From an uncultured Candidatus Saccharibacteria bacterium (GTDB taxonomy: Bacteria; Patescibacteriota; Minisyncoccia; Phycocordibacterales; SIBU01), in NCBI GenBank assembly GCA_964355335.1, contig CAYHDB010000003.1, forward strand, positions 1-48,596: a stretch of DNA of 48,596 nucleotides. Direction: 5' to 3'. Of this stretch, positions 33,582 to 43,815 are shown piece by piece. Position 1 is the first letter of the stretch, and each line of letters begins with the position of its first letter. The notes below the pieces were generated by a model, which worked only from the letters and a program-made list of their open reading frames with translations, ran no database searches and was not told the DNA's origin. Position numbers and translations under genes: made by a program.

Positions 33582-34841
33582 ATGAACTACGATATAAAGG
33601 ATATCGGCCTAGCGCCGAAGGGTAAATTACGAATTGAGTGGGCGGAGAACGATATGCCGGTTTTAAGGCAGATTCGAGCACGTTTTAAAAAGGAAAAACC
33701 GTTGAAAGGTATTACTTTGGCGGCTTGTCTTCATGTTACCACCGAGACGGCAAATCTCGCGATAACTCTTAAAGAGGGTGGAGCTAATGTATTTCTCTGC
33801 GCTTCAAACCCGCTTTCAACACAAGATGATGTGGCGGCTTCCTTGGTAAAGGATTATGGTATTCCAACCTTTGCGATAAAGGGCGAGGACAGTAAAACAT
33901 ATTTTAAGCACATAAACGCGGTATTGGATGCGAACCCAACTCTCACGATGGATGACGGCGCGGATTTGGTTTCTGAATTACATAAAAATCGAGTGAAGCA
34001 ATTGCCAAGCATTGTCTGTGGAACGGAAGAGACCACTACTGGAGTTATCCGTTTGAAGTCATTGGCCAAGGCTGGAAAATTGAAGTTTCCGATATTAGCA
34101 GTTAATGAGGCGATGACCAAACACTTTTTTGATAACCGTTACGGTACGGGACAAAGCACTATGGATGGAATTATTCGCGCTACGAACAGACTTGTCGCAG
34201 GTTCTACTTTTGTGGTTGCAGGATACGGTTGGTGTGGACGGGGACTTGCTTCACGTGCTCACGGTATGGGCGCGCATGTGGTTGTTGCCGAGATTGATTC
34301 AGTGAAAGCTCTTGAGGCTGTGATGGACGGTTTCCAGGTAATGCCGATGAGAGAGGCTGTGAAAAAGGCTGATTTCATTTGCACTGTTACCGGGAACAAG
34401 TCTGTTGTCGGTGAAAAAGATTTTGCCATGATGAAAGACGGATGCATCATTTCGAACTCCGGACATTTTGATGTTGAAATTGATTTGAAGGCGCTCGCAA
34501 AACTTTCTACAAAAAGAAGAATGATTCGAGATTTTGTGGAGGAGTTTACTGTTAAAGGTGACAAAAAGGTTTACGTTTTGGGTGAGGGAAGACTTATTAA
34601 CCTTGCTTCGGCCGAAGGGCATCCTGCATCAGTAATGGATATGAGTTTTGCCAATCAAGCTCTCGGTGCGGAATATATGTTGAAAAATTCCAAGAAACAC
34701 GAGCCAAAAGTTTACGTGATTCCGGAGGAAGTCGATCGTGAAATTGCATCGCTCAAATTGGCTTCACTTGATGTAAAGATGGATGTTTTGACTGCTGAGC
34801 AGAAGAAGTATTTGGGGAGTTGGGAGGAAGGTACCAATTAA
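33582..34841 (+). CDS. ahcY: Adenosylhomocysteinase
   Basis: [31 protein letters not shown] and [14 protein letters not shown]. Confidence 0.97.
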   Translation: MNYDIKDIGLAPKGKLRIEWAENDMPVLRQIRARFKKEKPLKGITLAACLHVTTETANLAITLKEGGANVFLCASNPLSTQDDVAASLVKDYGIPTFAIKGEDSKTYFKHINAVLDANPTLTMDDGADLVSELHKNRVKQLPSIVCGTEETTTGVIRLKSLAKAGKLKFPILAVNEAMTKHFFDNRYGTGQSTMDGIIRATNRLVAGSTFVVAGYGWCGRGLASRAHGMGAHVVVAEIDSVKALEAVMDGFQVMPMREAVKKADFICTVTGNKSVVGEKDFAMMKDGCIISNSGHFDVEIDLKALAKLSTKRRMIRDFVEEFTVKGDKKVYVLGEGRLINLASAEGHPASVMDMSFANQALGAEYMLKNSKKHEPKVYVIPEEVDREIASLKLASLDVKMDVLTAEQKKYLGSWEEGTN

Positions 34842-34889
34842 AAGCAGAGCTTTTAATTGGAATTTTCAATTATCAATTTACAATTTTCA

Positions 34890-35828
34890 ATGAAACGTGC
34901 ACTCATTATCGGATCGATTGCCTTCGACGTGATTTTTGATATTCACGGGAAAATCAAGGACAGTGTGGCAATAGAGGGAGGAAAGGCTGGAAAGCAGAAC
35001 CTGATGTTTACCGCCAAGGTAAAACAGCAACACTATGGTGGGGCTGGGGCCAACATCGCGTACGGGCTAGGACTTTTGGGAGTTAAACCGATTTTGTTTT
35101 CATCTGTCGGCAAGGATTTTAAGCCAGATTTTCATAAACACCTGAAATCTCACGGTGTTGATGTTCGTGTTCATACAGAGAATAAAAATTGGACCGCTAC
35201 TTTTTACGGAATGTCTGATGATGCTAGAGAGCAGATAGGCGTGTGGCAACCCAATGCACACGAAATGCTTGATACGGTTTCCATTACAGACACGATAGAC
35301 AAAAAGACATTGAAAAATGTTTCGGTAGCTCTTGTCCACGGTAAGCCGTCGATACCACTCAAACATATGAGTGATATCAGGAAGATTTTGGGGAAAAATG
35401 TGGCGATTATTTTCGACCCCGGACAAAATATGGCGTTGTACAGTAAAGATGTTTTTGAAAAATGTCTGGCACTTTCCGATATTTATATAGTGAACGATTT
35501 TGAGCTCAAGCAATCCTTAACAATATTGAAGTGTGGTATCAAAGACATCTTTAAATTTGGTGTAAAGGCGATTGTTGAAACAAAAGGGGAGGATGGAAGT
35601 GTTATATATGAGTCGGATAAGAGTACTCCTATCCCTGCCAGAAAAGCCAAGAGGGTGGTGGAGACAACGGGTGCAGGAGATGCCTATCGAGCAGGGCTCA
35701 TATACGGCTTACTTGAAGGACTTGATTTACCGAGCGCTTGCAGAATCGGTTCTTATCTTGGCTCGAAAAATGTCGAGACATTGGGTGGACAGGCATATAG
35801 TGTGACTAGAAAAGAGTTAAAGTTGTAG
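34890..35828 (+). CDS. PfkB-family kinase (adenosine/nucleoside kinase-like)
   Basis: GSIAFD, GGAGANIAYG, FDPGQ and ETTGAGDAY. Confidence 0.85.
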   Translation: MKRALIIGSIAFDVIFDIHGKIKDSVAIEGGKAGKQNLMFTAKVKQQHYGGAGANIAYGLGLLGVKPILFSSVGKDFKPDFHKHLKSHGVDVRVHTENKNWTATFYGMSDDAREQIGVWQPNAHEMLDTVSITDTIDKKTLKNVSVALVHGKPSIPLKHMSDIRKILGKNVAIIFDPGQNMALYSKDVFEKCLALSDIYIVNDFELKQSLTILKCGIKDIFKFGVKAIVETKGEDGSVIYESDKSTPIPARKAKRVVETTGAGDAYRAGLIYGLLEGLDLPSACRIGSYLGSKNVETLGGQAYSVTRKELKL

Positions 35829-35840
35829 AAACTGTTTAAA

Positions 35841-36806
35841 ATGGAAAACGCAATTTTGAATTTCAATAAGCAGTTTTCTTTCAAACCGGAGATAGTGAAT
35901 GCCGGTGCGCTCAGAAGAGCGCACCGGCTAATCGTTGCCGGTATGGGAGGTTCTCACTTAGCGGGAGATTTGCTTTCCGCTTACAATCCAAATCTTGATG
36001 TGTATATCCATAGTGATTATGGTTTACCGCCATTTAGTACCGAGCGGTTGAAGGAGTCACTGTTGGTCGCCAGTTCGTATTCCGGCAATACCGAGGAGAC
36101 TTTGGATTTTGCAAAAGTGGCTTTGAAGAAAAAGTTGAATCTTGCAGTCGTGTCTGTGGGAGGGAAGCTTATGGATTTCGCCAAGAAAAATAATTTACCG
36201 TATATTGAACTCCCAGATACCGGTATCCAACCCAGAAGCGCATTGGGCTTTTCCGTTATCGCTCTTGCAACACTACTAGGTGACAAGAAGATGATTAAGG
36301 AGCTTTCCGGTCTACCGAACAGATTGAAACCGTCAGCATTGCGTAATAAAGGGAAAAAACTTGCCACCTCTCTTCATGGTCTTGTGCCGATTATTTATTC
36401 ATCATTCCGGAACAAGCCTATTGCTTACAATTGGAAGATAAAGATTAACGAGACAGGTAAGACACCGGCTTTTCACAATGTATTTCCGGAGTTGAATCAC
36501 AATGAGATGACAGGTTTTGATATGGTTGAAAAAAATAAAAATATTTCGGAAGCTTTTCATTTCTTTTTTCTGCAGGACAACAACGACCACAAAAGTGTTC
36601 AGAAGAGAATGGATATTTGCGAAAAACTTTACAGAAAAAGAGGTTTGCCGGTGACGGTTTTATCTCTCAGTGGAGATTTGATTTTCGAAAAAATATTCAA
36701 CTCACTAATGCTTGCGGATTGGGTCGCTTTTTATACTGCCGAGTTGTATGGGGCCGAAGCTGAACAAGTCCCGATGGTAGAGGAGTTTAAGCGCCTGATT
36801 GCGTAA
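35841..36806 (+). CDS. Bifunctional phosphoglucose/phosphomannose isomerase (SIS)
   Basis: GMGGS, SYSGNTEE, QPRSA and PELNHNE. Confidence 0.9.
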   Translation: MENAILNFNKQFSFKPEIVNAGALRRAHRLIVAGMGGSHLAGDLLSAYNPNLDVYIHSDYGLPPFSTERLKESLLVASSYSGNTEETLDFAKVALKKKLNLAVVSVGGKLMDFAKKNNLPYIELPDTGIQPRSALGFSVIALATLLGDKKMIKELSGLPNRLKPSALRNKGKKLATSLHGLVPIIYSSFRNKPIAYNWKIKINETGKTPAFHNVFPELNHNEMTGFDMVEKNKNISEAFHFFFLQDNNDHKSVQKRMDICEKLYRKRGLPVTVLSLSGDLIFEKIFNSLMLADWVAFYTAELYGAEAEQVPMVEEFKRLIA

Positions 36807-36822
36807 TTTCACCACAAGTAAT

Positions 36823-36849
36823 AACCACCAAGGCAAGGCCTTGGTGGTT
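36823..36849 (+). terminator. Terminator hairpin
   Basis: AACCACCAAGGC-AAG-GCCTTGGTGGTT. Confidence 0.7.
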
Positions 36850-36913
36850 TGTTCTAATTACGCCACTTTCCCGCGATGATTTGGAGGCTTGGTCTGTAGT
36901 ACAATAAGTCGGC

Positions 36914-38251
36914 ATGATAAAGATTCATCCGACAACAGTTGTTATTTTCGGCGCGACAGGGGACTTGTTTAGAAACAAGCTTGCTCCAGCCTTTTTGGAC
37001 CTTTTTGCCAAAAATTTATTGCCAAAGAAGTTTCGTTTGGTGGCATTCTCTCGCAGACCGTGGAGTCGGGATGAGTTTCATAATTTTTTGAGGGAAATTC
37101 TTAAAAACAAAATGTCAGGATTATCATCGGAAGTCATCGAGGGTTTCTTGAAGACTGTATATTATGTCGAAGGCGATTTTGAAAAAATCGAAAGTTACCA
37201 CTCTGTGGCAAAATTACTTTCCGAACTTGATGCCAAATCGGGTGTTTGTATGAATAAGCTTTTTTATCTGGCTACACCACCAACTTCGTATGAAGGTATA
37301 CTGAAAAATATTTCAGGTTCCGGATTGGCCATTCCTTGTGCGCCGAGCAAAGACCAAGGTGAGACGGGGTGGACCAGAATTCTAATCGAAAAACCTTTTG
37401 GAAGAGATTTGAAGACCGCTCAAGCTATTGACCGACTTTTGGGAGAACTTTTCACCGAAAAACAAATTTTCCGCATTGATCATTACTTGGCCAAGGAAAC
37501 GGTTCAAAATATTTTAACGTTTCGTTTCGCCCATTCATTAATAGAGAAAAATTGGAATAAAAAATATATAGACCGCGTAGAGATACGTTTACTAGAAAAA
37601 CAAGACGTAGGAACCCGAGGAATCTTTTATGAAAGTCTCGGCGCTTTGCGCGATGTGGGACAAAATCATTTGTTGGAACTGGCAGCCCTTGTTGCTATGG
37701 AAAAACCAGCGAGCACGGATGCCGAATCTTTGCAGAAGTCTCGGGCGGATGTTTTGAAAAATTTCAAAATTTGGGAAGACAGTGGAGCCTTGAGTGTCAG
37801 AGGCCAATATGTGGGATACCCAGAGCAGGCCGGTGTTTCCAAGGATTCCAAGACGGAAACCTATTTTAAAGTGAAGCTTTCTTTACCGACAAAACGTTTT
37901 AAGGGAGTACCTTTTATTCTGGAGAGCGGTAAGGCTCTACCCGAGTCAAAGGCTGAAGTGTCGGTCTATTTTAAGGAACCTATTTCCAGTTTTTGTCATG
38001 AGGATGTATGTCAGATACCGGACAGTGTTGTCACCTTCAAACTTCATCCGGATGAAATCGTTAAACCGAAAGTCGGTTCATTGGGGGCGTATGAAAGAGT
38101 CCTTTCCGACGCGATTTTGGGTGACCAAACACTTTTTATTTCGACGGATGAAGTGCTTGCCGAGTGGAAAATTGTAAAAAGAATTTTTGAAAAATGGGAG
38201 AGTCAAAAGTTGATTAAATATCCAAAAGGCGAAATGCCGAAAATTAAATAA
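36914..38251 (+). CDS. zwf: Glucose-6-phosphate 1-dehydrogenase
   Basis: IFGATGDL, IEKPFG, RIDHYLAKE and RDVGQNH. Confidence 0.95.
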   Translation: MIKIHPTTVVIFGATGDLFRNKLAPAFLDLFAKNLLPKKFRLVAFSRRPWSRDEFHNFLREILKNKMSGLSSEVIEGFLKTVYYVEGDFEKIESYHSVAKLLSELDAKSGVCMNKLFYLATPPTSYEGILKNISGSGLAIPCAPSKDQGETGWTRILIEKPFGRDLKTAQAIDRLLGELFTEKQIFRIDHYLAKETVQNILTFRFAHSLIEKNWNKKYIDRVEIRLLEKQDVGTRGIFYESLGALRDVGQNHLLELAALVAMEKPASTDAESLQKSRADVLKNFKIWEDSGALSVRGQYVGYPEQAGVSKDSKTETYFKVKLSLPTKRFKGVPFILESGKALPESKAEVSVYFKEPISSFCHEDVCQIPDSVVTFKLHPDEIVKPKVGSLGAYERVLSDAILGDQTLFISTDEVLAEWKIVKRIFEKWESQKLIKYPKGEMPKIK

Positions 38252-38266
38252 TAATTTTATTAAGAG

Positions 38267-39190
38267 ATGAAAAAAATGAAACTTGGTTATGTCGGTCTGG
38301 GGAAAATGGGAATGAATATGGTCTTGAGAATGCGTGAGAAAGGCATTGATGTAACGGCATTTAATCGAAGCGAGGCCCCACGGCTGGAAGCCAGAAAAGC
38401 AGGTGTTTCAGTAGTCGATTCCATCCAAGAGTTGGTAAATGGCTTGGCGAAACCTAGAACTGTCTGGATTATGGTTTCGAACGGTGGAATGGATGAAACG
38501 TTGGCGGAGGTTTTGAAATATGTAGAACGTGGCGATACGGTAATCGACGGTGGTAATTCTTTGTATAAAGATTCTGTCCGCCGAGCAGGTGAGCTTGAAA
38601 AAAGGGGAATTGATTTTCTTGATGCCGGTGTATCCGGAGGGCCGAAGGGTGCACGTGATGGAGCCTGCGTTATGGTAGGTGGCAAGAAAAAAGTATATGA
38701 AAAATACGAAGGCTTGTTTGAGGATTTGTCGGCGCCCGGTGCTTTTGCATACATGGGTAAAGCGGGAGCGGGACATTTCGTGAAAATGGTTCACAATGGA
38801 ATTGAGTACGGTATGATGCAAGCTATCGCTGAAGGTTTTGCCGTGATGAGAGCATCAGATTTTAAACTCGATTTGGAAAAAGTGGCAAATCTCTATAATC
38901 ACAAGAGTGTTGTAGAATCGAGGCTTGTTGGCTGGCTGTCTAGTGGGTATGAAAAATACGGGACAGATTTAGCGGAGATTTCCGGTACAGTAGGTCATCT
39001 CGGCGAGGGTGAATGGACGGTAAAGGCAGCTAAGGAACTTGGTATTGCTGTGCCAATAATTGAAGGTTCATTTAAATTTAGAGTGGCCTCTGAAAAAAAT
39101 CCGAGTTATATAGGAAAAGTTCTTTCAACGCTAAGAAATCAGTTTGGAGGGCATGAGGCAGGTGCAAGACCTAAAGGAAAAAGTAAATAA
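38267..39190 (+). CDS. gnd: 6-phosphogluconate dehydrogenase (short YqeC type)
   Basis: GLGKMG, IDGGNS, DAGVSGG and GHFVKMVHNGIEYG. Confidence 0.95.
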   Translation: MKKMKLGYVGLGKMGMNMVLRMREKGIDVTAFNRSEAPRLEARKAGVSVVDSIQELVNGLAKPRTVWIMVSNGGMDETLAEVLKYVERGDTVIDGGNSLYKDSVRRAGELEKRGIDFLDAGVSGGPKGARDGACVMVGGKKKVYEKYEGLFEDLSAPGAFAYMGKAGAGHFVKMVHNGIEYGMMQAIAEGFAVMRASDFKLDLEKVANLYNHKSVVESRLVGWLSSGYEKYGTDLAEISGTVGHLGEGEWTVKAAKELGIAVPIIEGSFKFRVASEKNPSYIGKVLSTLRNQFGGHEAGARPKGKSK

Positions 39191-39191
39191 A

Positions 39192-39821
39192 ATGAAAATT
39201 TTTGATGTATCAATTCCGTTAAGTAATAAAACAGTTGTATATCCAGGTAACGTCCCGCTTTCTATTGATGTTCATCACGAAATGCCGGAACACGCGACAC
39301 ATCTTTCGAAAATTACTATGGGCTCACATACTGGAACGCATGTGGATGCTCCAAGTCATGCTGTAAGGGACGGTTTGTCTTTGGACGATATTGCTCTTGA
39401 AACTTTTGTTGGGCCCTGCCGAGTGCTCGATTGTACCAGAAGTGCAGGGTCGGTAAAAATTTTCGATTTAAAGAAATTCAATGTGAAAAAGGGAGAAAGA
39501 ATATTGGTTAAAACCCAAAACTCTATTTTGGGATTCGAGACTTTCCGCGATGACTATATTTATCTCGATGGTGACGCGGCAGATTATATGGCCGAGCTAG
39601 GCATTGCTCTTTTTGGTATTGATTATTTTTCTGTTAAACAGCGGGGGAGTAAGGACCAGCGTCCGCACACTTCTTTGTTGGCGAAAAACATTCCTATTAT
39701 TGAAGGTCTCGATCTTTCCCAAGTTTCTGTCGGTTCCTACACTCTCGTGTGTCTGCCTTTGAAATTTATTGGAATTGAGGGTGGTCCAGCACGAGTAATT
39801 TTGGTTGACAATTTGGGTTAG
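39192..39821 (+). CDS. Cyclase family (kynurenine formamidase-like) metallohydrolase
   Basis: HTGTHVDAP, GIDYFS, PIIEGL and LPLKF..EGGPAR. Confidence 0.88.
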   Translation: MKIFDVSIPLSNKTVVYPGNVPLSIDVHHEMPEHATHLSKITMGSHTGTHVDAPSHAVRDGLSLDDIALETFVGPCRVLDCTRSAGSVKIFDLKKFNVKKGERILVKTQNSILGFETFRDDYIYLDGDAADYMAELGIALFGIDYFSVKQRGSKDQRPHTSLLAKNIPIIEGLDLSQVSVGSYTLVCLPLKFIGIEGGPARVILVDNLG

Positions 39822-39852
39822 ACATTGATTGTTCCTATGTTATGCTTCCCTT

Positions 39853-40251
39853 ATGATTACTCCTATTATAGAGGGTAAGGTAATAAAGGGTGCGGGATAT
39901 GGGCGAAAACTTGGCTTTCCTACAGCAAATCTTGACCGAAAGCAGTATTTGAAGGACAAAGTAGATCTGCCCTTGGGTATTTATGCCGGCGTGGCGTTTT
40001 TGCATCATATTAAGAAAATCCGGAAAACCGCGATTGTGGTAGGTCCTTTGGATAAGAAAAAACAACCGAAAATCGAGGCGCATATTCTGGGTTTCAAGGG
40101 TCGACTTTACGGAAAAAAGTTGACGCTTTATCCATACAAATTTCTTCGCCCGTTTGAGGTTTTTAAAACCAAAAAACTTTTAATTGCTCAGATTAAAAAA
40201 GATATTAAAAGGGTGGAGAAGGAGGTTGCGGCACCAGTTTCGATGAAATAG
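39853..40251 (+). CDS. Stand-alone riboflavin kinase (RibF C-terminal domain only)
   Basis: GRKLGFPTANL, GIYA, IEAHIL and L..QI..D. Confidence 0.88.
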   Translation: MITPIIEGKVIKGAGYGRKLGFPTANLDRKQYLKDKVDLPLGIYAGVAFLHHIKKIRKTAIVVGPLDKKKQPKIEAHILGFKGRLYGKKLTLYPYKFLRPFEVFKTKKLLIAQIKKDIKRVEKEVAAPVSMK

Positions 40252-40252
40252 A

Positions 40253-40831
40253 ATGTTTACGGGAATTATAAGAAAAACAGCAAAGGTGAAGAGTCCCGTC
40301 GCGCAAAGCGCGACGGGAATGTTTGAAGTTTTCAATCCAAAACTTCGGGTGAAAGCCGGTGACAGTATTGCCGTGAATGGAGTTTGTTCGACGGTGGTGA
40401 AGGGAGGCAAAACTTTAATATTTCAATACATGCCGGAAACTTTGGAAAGAACAACTATCTGTAACATTAAATCTGGCGAGAGGGTTAATTTAGAAGAGTC
40501 ATTACGTTTAAGCGATAGATTAGACGGTCATATTGTTTTAGGCCATGTCGATACTGTCGGAGAAATTGTTGAGATAAAATCGGAAGGTAATTCAAAGATT
40601 TTTAAAATTGAGCCTCGAGAACTGAAACGGTTTATGAAGTTTGTCGCAGAGAAAGGGTCGGTTACGCTTGACGGTGTGAGTCTTACTGTTGTAGGTCTCG
40701 GCACAAAGTATTTTACGGTTAAACTTATACCCTATACTGTAGAACACACGGCTTTTGGTGAAAAATCCGTAGGTAGCAAAGTGAATATAGAGTTTGATAT
40801 ACTGGCGAAGTATTTAGAAAGATTAAAATGA
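40253..40831 (+). CDS. ribE: Riboflavin synthase (alpha chain)
   Basis: MFTGII, SIAVNGVCST, VNLE, GHIVLGHVD and KGSVTLDGVSLT. Confidence 0.95.
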   Translation: MFTGIIRKTAKVKSPVAQSATGMFEVFNPKLRVKAGDSIAVNGVCSTVVKGGKTLIFQYMPETLERTTICNIKSGERVNLEESLRLSDRLDGHIVLGHVDTVGEIVEIKSEGNSKIFKIEPRELKRFMKFVAEKGSVTLDGVSLTVVGLGTKYFTVKLIPYTVEHTAFGEKSVGSKVNIEFDILAKYLERLK

Positions 40832-41274
40832 AAATTGATCAAAAAAAGGAAGTTTTTGACGCGAGCCGATTAAAAGTCGGTATTGTTGTTTCGCGGTTCA
40901 ATAGTGAAATTACCGATAAGCTTCTGGAGAGCGCGCTCAGGACCTTGAGGGAGTACAAAGTTAAAGAAAAAAATATTAAAATAGTGAAAGTGGCCGGATC
41001 AGTAGAAACGCCTTTTGTTCTCCAGAAACTGGCTAAGAGTAAAAAGTTCGACTGTTTGGTGGCACTAGGTGCCGTAATAAAAGGTGAGACAGACCACTAC
41101 ACATATGTATGCAAGATGGCGCAGGAAGGAGTGTTGCGGGTAATGCTCGATTATTCTATGCCGATTGGTTTTGGGATATTGATGGTAGACAATTTGGAGC
41201 AAGCAAAAGAAAGAATTGGAAGCGGTGGAAGCGCCGTATCCGCTGTGCTTGAACTTACGAATATTAAAGTGTAA
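40828..41274 (+). CDS. ribH: 6,7-dimethyl-8-ribityllumazine synthase
   Basis: IVVSRFN, VAGSVE, LGAVIKGETDH and PIGFGIL. Confidence 0.93.
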   Translation: MKIDQKKEVFDASRLKVGIVVSRFNSEITDKLLESALRTLREYKVKEKNIKIVKVAGSVETPFVLQKLAKSKKFDCLVALGAVIKGETDHYTYVCKMAQEGVLRVMLDYSMPIGFGILMVDNLEQAKERIGSGGSAVSAVLELTNIKV

Positions 41275-41279
41275 TTATT

Positions 41280-42026
41280 ATGATTAGATTTAGTTCTATA
41301 AATATCGAGGGCGATACTCATTTGGACAAAGTGGTATCATTCCTGAATGATTTTAAGCCTGATGTCGTGTGCATGCAGGAAGTCATGGAGACAAGACTTG
41401 ATTATTTTGAAAAGGCTTTAAATATGAAAGGATATTTTGTGCCAATGGCTCGCTATAATATTGTGCCCCTTGATAAAAAAAGCTCCATTAGCTGTTTTGG
41501 GGTTGGAATTTTTTCTAACCTTCAGATGTTAAATGTTGAATCGAAATATTATTATGGAGGTGAAGGTGATATACCCTTATTGAAATTTGATGGAAAAAAT
41601 ATAGACGAGAAATCTGTTTGGAGGGTGTTAATTTCCGGAAATGTTTCCAAGGATAATGAGTTATATACTATTGCCACAACACACTTTACTAGAACATATG
41701 ATGGAAGCACAAGCGATAAACAAAGAGAGGATTTGAAAAATTTGTTGAAAATTACAGAGAAGAAGCCAGAAATAATTTTGTGCGGAGATTTTAATGCTCC
41801 AAGAGGGCAAGAGATTTTTAGTAAACTTTCTGAAAAATATAAGGATAATATCCCTCCGGAGTACACATCAAGTCTGGATACCGAATTGCACAGGATAGGG
41901 AAGGTCAAACAGCTGATGGTTGACGGATTATTTACGACACCGCATTATGAAGTGACTGAAGCCAGATTGTCCGAAGGGGTGAGTGATCACAAGGCAGTAA
42001 CAGCAATTATTTCGAAAGTAAAATAA
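41280..42026 (+). CDS. Endonuclease/exonuclease/phosphatase (EEP) family protein
   Basis: SINIE, DVVCMQE, GDFN, VD.LF and SDH. Confidence 0.88.
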   Translation: MIRFSSINIEGDTHLDKVVSFLNDFKPDVVCMQEVMETRLDYFEKALNMKGYFVPMARYNIVPLDKKSSISCFGVGIFSNLQMLNVESKYYYGGEGDIPLLKFDGKNIDEKSVWRVLISGNVSKDNELYTIATTHFTRTYDGSTSDKQREDLKNLLKITEKKPEIILCGDFNAPRGQEIFSKLSEKYKDNIPPEYTSSLDTELHRIGKVKQLMVDGLFTTPHYEVTEARLSEGVSDHKAVTAIISKVK

Positions 42027-42037
42027 TAATTAATATA

Positions 42038-43132
42038 ATGAAAAAGAAAATACAGGTCGGAATATTGTTCGGAGGAAAGTCGGCAGAGCACGAAGTATCC
42101 CTGCGGTCCGCGAAGAATGTTGCGGATGCAATCCCTAAAGACAAGTATGACGTGGTAATGATTGGAATTGATAAAAAAGGAAAGTGGTTACTCAATGATG
42201 CGTCAAACTTTCTGCTTCAGACAGCAGGAAACCCTATGCCTAGACTCAATGATTCAGGAAAAGAAGTGGCTCTTATTCCGGAAAGTGCCGGAGTGCTTAC
42301 TTCTATGAAGAATGGTAGCAATTCAATGATAGGAAATGTCGATGTGGTTTTTCCAATTCTTCACGGACCTATGGGTGAAGATGGCACCGTGCAGGGACTT
42401 TTGAAGCTTGCGGGCATTCCTTTTGTCGGAGCTGGAGTATTGGGTTCCGCTGTCGGGATGGATAAGGACGTGATGAAGAGATTGCTTCGGGATGCCAAGA
42501 TACCTATAGGAAAGTTTTTGACTTTTAAATCCGGAGAAACTATCAATTTTCCAAAAGTAAAAAAAGCTCTTGGATTGCCGATGTTTGTGAAGCCCGCCAA
42601 TATGGGTTCGTCTGTCGGAGTTTCGAAAGTTCGAAACGAAAAGGAGTTTAAGACCGCTGTCGCAGAAGCGTTTTTGTATGACAATAAAATTATTATAGAA
42701 GAGCAGATTGTTGGAAGAGAGATCGAATGTGCTGTACTTGGCAATGACAAACCGATTGCTTCGGTTCCGGGTGAGGTGATTGTGAAAGCGGATTTTTATT
42801 CATACGACGCGAAGTATATTGATGAAAATGGCGCTGTGATCAAAATCCCTGCTGATTTACCGAAAAATATAGTAAAGAAAGTTCAAGAAACCGCCATCAG
42901 TACTTTCAAAGCGCTTTCTTGCGAGGGTCTGGGTAGAGTGGATATGTTCGTTACAAAATCAGGAAAAGTGTTGGTGAATGAAATCAATACCATTCCCGGG
43001 TTCACCTCTATCAGTATGTATCCGAAATTGTGGGAAGCCACTGGTGTCTCTTACCCAAAACTTATCGACGCTCTCATTCAACTTGCAATTGATAGATTCT
43101 CAAGAGAAGCAAAATTAAAGACGTCAAAGTAA
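42038..43132 (+). CDS. ddl: D-alanine--D-alanine ligase (DdlA type)
   Basis: GGKSAEHEVS, LHGPMGEDG, KPANMGSSVG, FYSYDAKY and NEINTIPG. Confidence 0.96.
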   Translation: MKKKIQVGILFGGKSAEHEVSLRSAKNVADAIPKDKYDVVMIGIDKKGKWLLNDASNFLLQTAGNPMPRLNDSGKEVALIPESAGVLTSMKNGSNSMIGNVDVVFPILHGPMGEDGTVQGLLKLAGIPFVGAGVLGSAVGMDKDVMKRLLRDAKIPIGKFLTFKSGETINFPKVKKALGLPMFVKPANMGSSVGVSKVRNEKEFKTAVAEAFLYDNKIIIEEQIVGREIECAVLGNDKPIASVPGEVIVKADFYSYDAKYIDENGAVIKIPADLPKNIVKKVQETAISTFKALSCEGLGRVDMFVTKSGKVLVNEINTIPGFTSISMYPKLWEATGVSYPKLIDALIQLAIDRFSREAKLKTSK

Positions 43133-43145
43133 TTATTTCGGGATT

Positions 43146-43237
43146 CTCCCTTTTCTAAAGGGAGCACACGCATTACTATGCGGGAGGGATTTAAATCCCC
43201 CGATTCATAAGAATGAACTGCCCCCTTTAGTAAAGGG
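43146..43237. repeat. Palindrome doublet CTCCCTTT-N3-AAAGGGAG ... CCCTTT-N3-AAAGGG
   Basis: Two hairpins plus a central GGGATTTAAATCCC palindrome. Related to 25869-25990. Confidence 0.65.
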
Positions 43238-43251
43238 AGAATAGGATACAA

Positions 43252-43815
43252 ATGAAAAAGAAATACAAAGTGATTTTGATACACGGGAATGGTAATACTT
43301 GGCCGAAGAAGAATTGGTTTCCTTACGTGGAAAAAAGACTTAAACAAGCCGGTATCAAAGTGATATTTAAACGTTTTCCCGACCCGATTAAAGCCCGTGC
43401 CAGATTTTGGTTGCCATTTATCACGAAGCTTGGAGCCGATGAAAATACTATTCTCGTAGGGCATTCCTCCGGAGCGGTAGCCTCTATGCGATATGCCGAA
43501 AAACATAAGATACTTGGTTCTATTCTAGTAGGAGTTTGCTACACAGATTTGGGCGAAGCTTCCGAGACAATCAGCGGTTATTACAGCAAGCCGTGGAAGT
43601 GGGACAAGATAAAGAAAAATCAACAATGGATTGTGCAGTTTTCATCGACAGATGATCCACATATTCCCATCCGAGAGCCAAGGCTAATTCACAAGATGCT
43701 TGGTACGGAATATTACGAGTCAAAAACAGAAGGGCACTTTTCCAGTTCGGATGGTAAAACCAAGTTTCCGGAAATTGTTGATATAATCAAGAAGAAGTTA
43801 TGGACAAAAAAGTAG
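43252..43815 (+). CDS. RBBP9/YdeN family alpha/beta hydrolase
   Basis: LIHG, GHSSG, STDDP and GHF. Confidence 0.88.
   Translation: MKKKYKVILIHGNGNTWPKKNWFPYVEKRLKQAGIKVIFKRFPDPIKARARFWLPFITKLGADENTILVGHSSGAVASMRYAEKHKILGSILVGVCYTDLGEASETISGYYSKPWKWDKIKKNQQWIVQFSSTDDPHIPIREPRLIHKMLGTEYYESKTEGHFSSSDGKTKFPEIVDIIKKKLWTKK

Noticed and set aside
34857-34889. N-terminal extension of the PfkB kinase
   Set aside because: It is a low-complexity TTTCAA-type tandem repeat, and the conserved domain starts at ATG 34890.
18710-43132. Vancomycin-resistance genes (VanY-like peptidase and ligase)
   Set aside because: The two genes are 22 kb apart, no vanH/X/R/S is present, and the ligase has the Tyr-containing FYSYDAKY loop of D-Ala-D-Ala ligases.
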